IMG/VR virus record: IMGVR_UViG_2690316286_000008
Source: a virus
Lineage: Duplodnaviria; Heunggongvirae; Uroviricota; Caudoviricetes
Length of the DNA: 25,738 nucleotides
Reading direction: 5' to 3' (one strand)
Shown here: in pieces, positions 9,333 to 15,062 of the stretch
Layout: every line of letters starts with the position of its first letter
Numbering within the stretch: position 1 is the stretch's first letter
Made by a program: the position numbers and the translations under genes
Notes under the pieces: model-generated
What the model was told of the DNA's origin: nothing
The model's database searches: none
The model's input: the letters and a program-made list of their open reading frames with translations, nothing else

Positions 9333-11084
9333 ATGATTCAGGACGCTTTTGTGCGCCAGCGTGCGCGGCAACTTTACTGGCAGGGTTATCCGCCCGCAGA
9401 AATATCACGTCTGATGGGAATAAACCCGAACACGATTTATGCGTGGAAAAAACGCGACCAGTGGGATGAAACGCCACCCGTGCAGCGTGTCACGCAGTCC
9501 ATCGATGCGCGCCTCATCCAGCTTACTGAAAAACAGAATAAAACAGGTGGTGACTTTAAGGAAATAGACCTGCTGACCCGGCAGCTTAAAAAACTGCATG
9601 ATGGCCAGCCGGATGCGACGGCCACAGGAAAGAAAGGCCGGGCGAAAAAACTCAAAAATCATTTCACGCCGGAACAGATTGCCGCACTGCGGGAAAAAAT
9701 CATCAGCAGGCTGGAGTGGCATCAGCGGGGCTGGTTTGACTCCCTGACGCTTTGCAGGGAAGCCGGGATACGTAACAGGATGATCCTGAAATCCCGACAG
9801 ATTGGGGCGACCTGGTATTTTGCACAGGAAGCACTGCTGATGGCGCTGCGTGACGATGTGGCACAACCTTACCAGCGTAACCAGATTTTTTTGTCTGCGT
9901 CGCGTCGTCAGGCGTTCCAGTTTAAAAGCATTATTCAGAAGGCCGCGGCTGAAGTCGATGTGGAGCTGAAAGGGGGCGATAAAATCATCCTCTCCAACGG
10001 CGCAGAGATGCATTTTCTCGGCACTTCTGCTGCGACGGCGCAATCTTACACGGGCAATTTTTATTTTGATGAATTTTTCTGGGTCAGTCGCTTTGCTGAA
10101 CTGCGCAAGGTGGCTGGCGCTATGGCAACCCTCAGCGGACTGCGGCGCACCTGCTTCTCCACGCCATCCACCGAAACGCACGAGGCATACGCCTACTGGA
10201 ACGGCGACCGCTGGAACGAGAAAAAGGCCGCGCATAAACGCCAGCGTTTTTCTGTGGACTGGAAAACGCTGCATAACGGGCTTATCTGCCCTGACCGGAC
10301 GTGGCGGCAAATTGTCACGCTGGAAGATGTGGTTAATCACGGCTGGAAACACACCGATATTGATGAAATTCGTGATGAAAACACCGAAGACGAGTTCCGC
10401 AATCTCTATATGTGTGAGTTTGTCCGCGAAGGGGAATCGGCATTTAACCTGAATATCCTGATTGGCTGCGGTGTTGACGGATACGACGACTGGAAAGACT
10501 GGAAACCCTTTGCCCCCCGCCCGATGGGGAATCGTCCGGTATGGATTGGGTATGACGCAAACGGCAGCAGTGGTAACGGCGACAGCGGCGCTGTGTCCGT
10601 GGTGGTTCCTCCGGCTGTTCCTGGTGGTCGTTTCAGAACGGTGGAGACGCGACGCGTTCAGGGGCTGGAATTTGAAGAGCAGGCCAGAGTTATTGAAGAG
10701 TTCACGTATCGCTACAACGTGGAACACATCGGCATTGATGCGACGGGCGGGCACGGGGATGCCGTCTATCAGATAGTGAAACGGTTTTTTCCCGCCGCCA
10801 TCCCTTACACCTTCACGCTGTCATCAAAACGGTCGCTGGTACTGAAAATGCTGCAAATAATGCGTGCCGGGCGGTGGGAATACGATCGCGCCGAACGCGA
10901 GCTGGTTGCGGCCTTTAACGCCGTGCGTAAGGTGAAAACACCGGGCGGTTTTATCACTTACGAAACGGACCGCGCGAGGGGGATCAGCCACGGCGACCTT
11001 GCGTGGGCAACCATGCTTGCTGTCATTAACGAACCGATTGGCGGCGAAGGAGAAAACGAGCGTTTCACGGTTATGGAGTTCTGA
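9333..11084 (+). CDS. P: Terminase large (ATPase) subunit gpP
   Basis: 583-aa ORF with RBS GGGGGAG; size and position equal P2 P; stop overlaps Q start. Confidence 0.92.
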   Translation: MIQDAFVRQRARQLYWQGYPPAEISRLMGINPNTIYAWKKRDQWDETPPVQRVTQSIDARLIQLTEKQNKTGGDFKEIDLLTRQLKKLHDGQPDATATGKKGRAKKLKNHFTPEQIAALREKIISRLEWHQRGWFDSLTLCREAGIRNRMILKSRQIGATWYFAQEALLMALRDDVAQPYQRNQIFLSASRRQAFQFKSIIQKAAAEVDVELKGGDKIILSNGAEMHFLGTSAATAQSYTGNFYFDEFFWVSRFAELRKVAGAMATLSGLRRTCFSTPSTETHEAYAYWNGDRWNEKKAAHKRQRFSVDWKTLHNGLICPDRTWRQIVTLEDVVNHGWKHTDIDEIRDENTEDEFRNLYMCEFVREGESAFNLNILIGCGVDGYDDWKDWKPFAPRPMGNRPVWIGYDANGSSGNGDSGAVSVVVPPAVPGGRFRTVETRRVQGLEFEEQARVIEEFTYRYNVEHIGIDATGGHGDAVYQIVKRFFPAAIPYTFTLSSKRSLVLKMLQIMRAGRWEYDRAERELVAAFNAVRKVKTPGGFITYETDRARGISHGDLAWATMLAVINEPIGGEGENERFTVMEF

Positions 11085-12130
11085 TGAGCAGAAAAAATAA
11101 AAAAGTGCGCATGAGTTCACGCATTGATCTCGCTGATGCGCTCAGGAAAGAATCGTCGCTCAGTGCATTCACATTTGATGGTCCTTACCGCCTGACCGGG
11201 CATGACCTGCTGGACAATATGTACTGTGCTGATAACGGGCGGTGGTATGAAACCCCGGTGGACTGGTACGGTCTGGCAAGAGCTGCCCGGCAAACGTCCT
11301 GGCATCAGTCTGCGCTTTACTTTAAGCGCAATGTATTGCTCGGCTGCTATATTCCGCACCCGCTGCTTTCCCGGCAGGATTTCTCGGCGCTGGCGCTGGA
11401 CTGGTTTGTGTTCGGTAACGCATTCCTTGAGCTTCGGAGCAATATGCTCGGCGAACCGCTTAAATTACGGCACGCCCTGGCGAAATACATGCGACGCGGA
11501 AGCGATCTTGAATCATGGTGGTATGTGCAGGATGGCAAGGATGCGTTTCAGTTTCGTCCTGGCAAAGTGTGCCACCTGATGAATCCGGATATTAACCAGG
11601 AAATCTACGGCATGCCGGAATATCTTGGCGCATTACTCTCGGCCAGCCTTTCTCATTCGGCGGACATGTTCAGAAAACTGTACTACGACAACGGATCCCA
11701 CGCCGGGTGCATCATCTACATCGGTGCAGCGCAGGTAAACCGCGAAAGCATGGACTCCCTGAAAGAAACGCTACAGGGGGCACGTGGTGGTGGTGCGTTT
11801 AAAAACGTGCTCATTCATGCGCCCAACGGGGGCAAAGAGGGGGTGCAAATTTTGCCGTTCCAGCAGATCACCGCAAAGGATGAGTTCATGAATGTTAAGG
11901 CGGCATCCCGTGATGATGTGCTGGCTGCGCACCGCGTTCCGCCGCAACTGATGGGGGCGATGCCGGGCGAAAAAAGTGCGTTTGGTGATGTGGAGAAGGC
12001 CGCGCGGGTTTACGCAATTAACGAGCTGATGCCCGTCATGGAGGCCATGAAGCACATCAATGACTGGCTTGGCGAAGAGGTGATCCGCTTTAACCCTTAC
12101 GCACTGTTAGACACCCAGCCCACATCCTGA
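11084..12130 (+). CDS. Q: Portal protein gpQ
   Basis: 348-aa ORF immediately after P; size and position equal P2 Q. Confidence 0.9.
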   Translation: MSRKNKKVRMSSRIDLADALRKESSLSAFTFDGPYRLTGHDLLDNMYCADNGRWYETPVDWYGLARAARQTSWHQSALYFKRNVLLGCYIPHPLLSRQDFSALALDWFVFGNAFLELRSNMLGEPLKLRHALAKYMRRGSDLESWWYVQDGKDAFQFRPGKVCHLMNPDINQEIYGMPEYLGALLSASLSHSADMFRKLYYDNGSHAGCIIYIGAAQVNRESMDSLKETLQGARGGGAFKNVLIHAPNGGKEGVQILPFQQITAKDEFMNVKAASRDDVLAAHRVPPQLMGAMPGEKSAFGDVEKAARVYAINELMPVMEAMKHINDWLGEEVIRFNPYALLDTQPTS

Positions 12131-12621
12131 CGCGCTTCGCTTGTCTGCTGCTTCGCCGGGGCATAAAAAATTTATGCCCCGACTCTCCAGCTCCTGTATC
12201 AGTCAGATAATTTCACGACGCTTTCCTGCTGATTGCCATCATCGACAGTCAGACTCTTACGCAATCCCACCTCGTTGACTGCATATTCTCGCCGTCTCAG
12301 TGCGATTTTGACGGCCTTACCTTTCACCCCATCAAATCAAAAGCCCTCACGTCTTTTTCACGCTCAGCGTGAGAAATACAGCCATTCTGTTGTATCTCTG
12401 CGACATCGTTCAGGGAATGCTATTTACCCCCTGAAACGCGGGCTGTTCCCCCGTCACCTGCGCGCAGAAAAAACGCGTTTTTTTGTGCATGCACGGATCC
12501 TTGACGGATCCAGCCGCCACGCGGGCCGGAAGGGCAAAAAGTCGTTCAAAAAAATTGTGCAAATTTGTGCACTATTGTGCATTTATAAAATCAACTAAAA
12601 AACACCTAGTGTGACTTACCT
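12131..12621. other. Non-coding region expected to contain cos (packaging site), rich in palindromes and phased repeats
   Basis: Synteny (cos lies beside Q in P2); partial resemblance of reverse-complement of 12511-12523 (GCGTGGCGG) to the start of the recalled P2/186 cohesive-end sequence; not verified. Confidence 0.4.
12555..12581. repeat. Three TTGTGCA direct repeats phased at exactly 10 bp (a fourth copy at 12483-12489)
   Basis: Read directly: attgtgcaaatttgtgcactattgtgcattt. Confidence 0.85.
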
Positions 12622-12807
12622 CTACCACTCGATCGGCACGTAGTCATTAAGTTCCGGAGACCAATTGCACTTTTCACATCTGTGTTTTCCATTCTGGCAG
12701 ATACATAAACGATAACGGCCACAATGCGGGCACCCATTTTCACCATTATCATAATCACCGAGCGACCATTCCTGCATAAGCAGCTCTTCTTCATCATCAT
12801 TTAGCAT
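12622..12807 (-). CDS. Small Cys-rich zinc-ribbon protein (61 aa), unknown function
   Basis: ATG at 12807 preceded by AAGGGGG RBS; CPHCG...CIC...CEKC cysteine pattern; acidic N-terminus; last gene of cargo operon. Confidence 0.55.
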   Translation of the reverse strand: MLNDDEEELLMQEWSLGDYDNGENGCPHCGRYRLCICQNGKHRCEKCNWSPELNDYVPIEW

Positions 12808-12821
12808 TAATCCCCCTTGAG

Positions 12822-13061
12822 CTATTTACTCTTCTCGGCCCTCAAAATCATACGAGAACCATCATCCAGCTCCCAATTAATTTCACCGCCTTCTGCCATG
12901 ACTAGATGCCAAACGAGTTGAGCGGCCTCGTTGGTTACATCGCGACCGCGATCATTTCCTACGCGGCGTTTTGTTCCGTCTCCTAAGTCACGCATTTTTG
13001 CCAATACGATGGTTTTTGATAGCGGTGAAAAACCAAGCTGTAGTCGTGCTGAATTACTCAC
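12822..13061 (-). CDS. Hypothetical small protein (79 aa, GTG start)
   Basis: GTG at 13061 overlapping stop of upstream gene (GTGA) with AAGGGGG RBS 6 nt upstream; stop TAG lies inside RBS of next gene. Confidence 0.5.
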   Translation of the reverse strand: MSNSARLQLGFSPLSKTIVLAKMRDLGDGTKRRVGNDRGRDVTNEAAQLVWHLVMAEGGEINWELDDGSRMILRAEKSK

Positions 13062-13582
13062 TGGCTGCCCCCTTTGTACTGTGTTAACTCTTCCTGCTCC
13101 TGCATCATGCGATTGACCTGAACGCGTGTGCGTCGAACGGCAAAATTAAATTGAAACATGAGCCGGAACATTTCTGATGCTTCCGTGTGAGCATCACGGA
13201 TAGGTGACAGGCGGTACAGTTCTGCCTCCGTAGCTTGTTGAATCAATGACAGATCAAATTGAAGTGCGGGTCTGGTACATTTTGCACATCTGGCAGCAAG
13301 CTCCGGTATTAGTCTCTTAACGAAGGTGTTTTGCACCGCTTTGTTGATTTGTGTCTGCATCCAAATCGCAAATTTCAGCGAACGCATAAGTTTGATAGCC
13401 TCGGGCAGCGGCAGATAGATCATGCTGGTAGATTTGGGTGGTTGGTGAACCATCTTCACGGATACGCGATTTCGCAGCGTTCGGAAAATCGTGTTCCCAA
13501 CAACAGCTTCTACGGATACAGGACAGGGAGCCAGACCAGCCCGCAGTGCTTCTTTCATTAGCATGTATTCGTATTTTTTCAT
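13058..13582 (-). CDS. Hypothetical protein (174 aa), unknown function
   Basis: ATG at 13582 with GAGGA RBS; no family recognised by eye. Confidence 0.6.
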   Translation of the reverse strand: MKKYEYMLMKEALRAGLAPCPVSVEAVVGNTIFRTLRNRVSVKMVHQPPKSTSMIYLPLPEAIKLMRSLKFAIWMQTQINKAVQNTFVKRLIPELAARCAKCTRPALQFDLSLIQQATEAELYRLSPIRDAHTEASEMFRLMFQFNFAVRRTRVQVNRMMQEQEELTQYKGGSQ

Positions 13583-13642
13583 CGTGTTTTCCTCGTGCGG
13601 GGCGACAGTGCACCCCGATAAAATTAAAAGCCGTCAAATTCG

Positions 13643-13954
13643 TCATTCAGGAAATAATGCCCGGATATTCCCTGCTATCTGACTGGTTATCTGTGCGGTT
13701 GGTACTGGCTGTGGCACGGGGCGTTCTGTCCTGGTTTGTGTCACCGATAACGCCTCATCGTCAGCCCATGCAGCCAGTCGGTAAGCCTCTGCTGGATTCA
13801 TTTTCAGAAGTGCCAGCCCGGCCAGAAAAGCCACGCGTTGGCCGCTTTTGCGGGCTTCTGGTGTAAGGCTGCCCAGCCAGGCGCATGCTTCGCTTTCGTT
13901 CTTGACGGTCGCAGGCTTCAGATAGAAACTTATCCGTCTGGTTGGTGTCGTCAT
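13643..13954 (-). CDS. parR: ParR-like DNA-binding protein (type II partition adaptor-like), 103 aa
   Basis: ORF 13643..14089 trimmed to ATG 13954 (AGGAG RBS, 4 nt after parM stop); blocks RRISFYLKP and RVAFLAGLALL...NP parallel R1 ParR (RRTIAFKLNP, RAALTAGLALY..DP), and terminal NIRALFPE parallels ILRSLFPKE. Confidence 0.65.
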   Translation of the reverse strand: MTTPTRRISFYLKPATVKNESEACAWLGSLTPEARKSGQRVAFLAGLALLKMNPAEAYRLAAWADDEALSVTQTRTERPVPQPVPTAQITSQIAGNIRALFPE

Positions 13955-13958
13955 TGGT

Positions 13959-14918
13959 TTACTCCTTGTCCATTGCGTACAGCCCATTAACCAGAGCAAA
14001 CTGTGGCACCCCGTCCGCGATGAAAGTCGCATTAACTCCGCAGGCTTCGCGGATAGCGGGTGCCACAATCTCCGCCCCTCCACCGACAACCATCACCCGC
14101 CCGTAACCCGAAAAACCCGCCAGCGCGCGGATCACGCGTTGTTTCAGTGTTTCTTCCTTTTCACGAATAACCGCCATCAGGCTGGCGTAATGCGCGTCAT
14201 TGTGGATGTGCTGGCGCAGCCAGGCTTCATCATGGCGATGTTCGATAATGGTATTGGCGATGTGGTGACTGGTGCGCATACCGTTAGTGGCCATCACCGA
14301 CAGTACGGCATCGGCCATCAGAGAAACGCCTACGTGTGGATCGCAAAACACCTGGCTGATACCTGCCAGTTGCCCCTGAACCTTTGCCACATCCAGCGTG
14401 GTTCCGCCCAAATCCACAATCAGCAGGGATTCAAACGGACTCATGTCAGCCAGTGCCTTAAAGCCAGCCGGAATGGATTCAGGCATAACCCGCACGTTAC
14501 GGATAGTGAATGCTTCGCCGTTCTGGTACTCCACCGGGCGCATAACGTTCGCTTTTTTGCGGTTGATGTTGGCCATGTCCGGCTGTGCGTTTGTGTCGAA
14601 ATACTCGCTCAGTGGCAGGGTGACAACCACATCCACCTCCTGTGGCGTGATGCCTGATTTGACCAGCGCGTGATGAATGGCAATGACATTTACATCGCTG
14701 TACTGGTATTGCGTGTCGGTTGTCTGGACAAAGCGATCGCTGACCGGATCAAAACCATAGCGCACGCCATCAAGCATGTAGTTCGCGGGCTGCATGCCAC
14801 CGAACGGCGCAGACCATTCCGACTTGAAGCTGTTCGGGCTGATGGCGTTGCGGCGTTCGCCGTTCTCAGTCCATGCCAGCTTGATGTTGGTGGAGCCGTC
14901 GTCGATACAAATTTTCAT
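13959..14918 (-). CDS. parM: ParM/StbA-like actin-fold ATPase (319 aa)
   Basis: Translation MKICIDDGSTNIKL...YSDVNVIAIHHAL...MPESIPAG...LLIVDLGGTTLD...VMVVGGGAEIV...LVNGLYAM aligns along full length with recalled plasmid R1 ParM, including phosphate-binding and adenosine motifs. Confidence 0.85.
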   Translation of the reverse strand: MKICIDDGSTNIKLAWTENGERRNAISPNSFKSEWSAPFGGMQPANYMLDGVRYGFDPVSDRFVQTTDTQYQYSDVNVIAIHHALVKSGITPQEVDVVVTLPLSEYFDTNAQPDMANINRKKANVMRPVEYQNGEAFTIRNVRVMPESIPAGFKALADMSPFESLLIVDLGGTTLDVAKVQGQLAGISQVFCDPHVGVSLMADAVLSVMATNGMRTSHHIANTIIEHRHDEAWLRQHIHNDAHYASLMAVIREKEETLKQRVIRALAGFSGYGRVMVVGGGAEIVAPAIREACGVNATFIADGVPQFALVNGLYAMDKE

Positions 14919-14945
14919 GTCGCTTTTCCTTATGTTGATTAATTA

Positions 14946-15062
14946 ATCGTTTACGGGATTCTGAAATCCCGTTTTTGCCTGTTTTGTGCGCGCTTCATAT
15001 ATCGCTGCGCGTTTTTTGCTCATTTACGGGATTCGTGAGTCCCGTTTCTGTCTGTTTTTTGT
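14946..15062 (+). terminator. Cluster of three plus-strand hairpin+T-tract elements (two are near-identical ~40-bp copies with palindrome ACGGGATT..AATCCCGT) between parM start and end of gene A
   Basis: Read directly: tttacgggattctgaaatcccgtttttgcctgtttt (14950-14985) and tttacgggattcgtgagtcccgtttctgtctgtttttt (15023-15060), plus gcgcgc..gcgcgtttttt between. Confidence 0.55.

Noticed and set aside
9405-10754. 449-aa minus-strand ORF antisense to terminase gene P
   Set aside because: Lies entirely within the well-supported P gene on the opposite strand; low-complexity Arg/Pro-rich translation typical of a shadow ORF in GC-rich coding DNA.
12483-12581. Possible CRISPR-like array (short direct repeats)
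   Set aside because: Repeat unit is only 7 bp with 3-bp spacers; this is an iteron-like or operator-like array, not a CRISPR.
12233-12598. 121-aa plus-strand ORF in the cos region
   Set aside because: Spans palindromes and repeat arrays, has a basic low-complexity translation and no RBS; this interval is expected to be non-coding.
12606-12800. 64-aa alternative-frame ORF overlapping the zinc-ribbon gene
   Set aside because: Same strand, different frame; the zinc-ribbon frame has a strong RBS and a structured Cys motif, while this frame gives a Met/Ile/Val-rich string with no features.
13317-13646. 109-aa alternative-frame ORF overlapping the 174-aa gene and the parR-like stop
   Set aside because: Overlaps two better-supported genes in another frame; no independent RBS.
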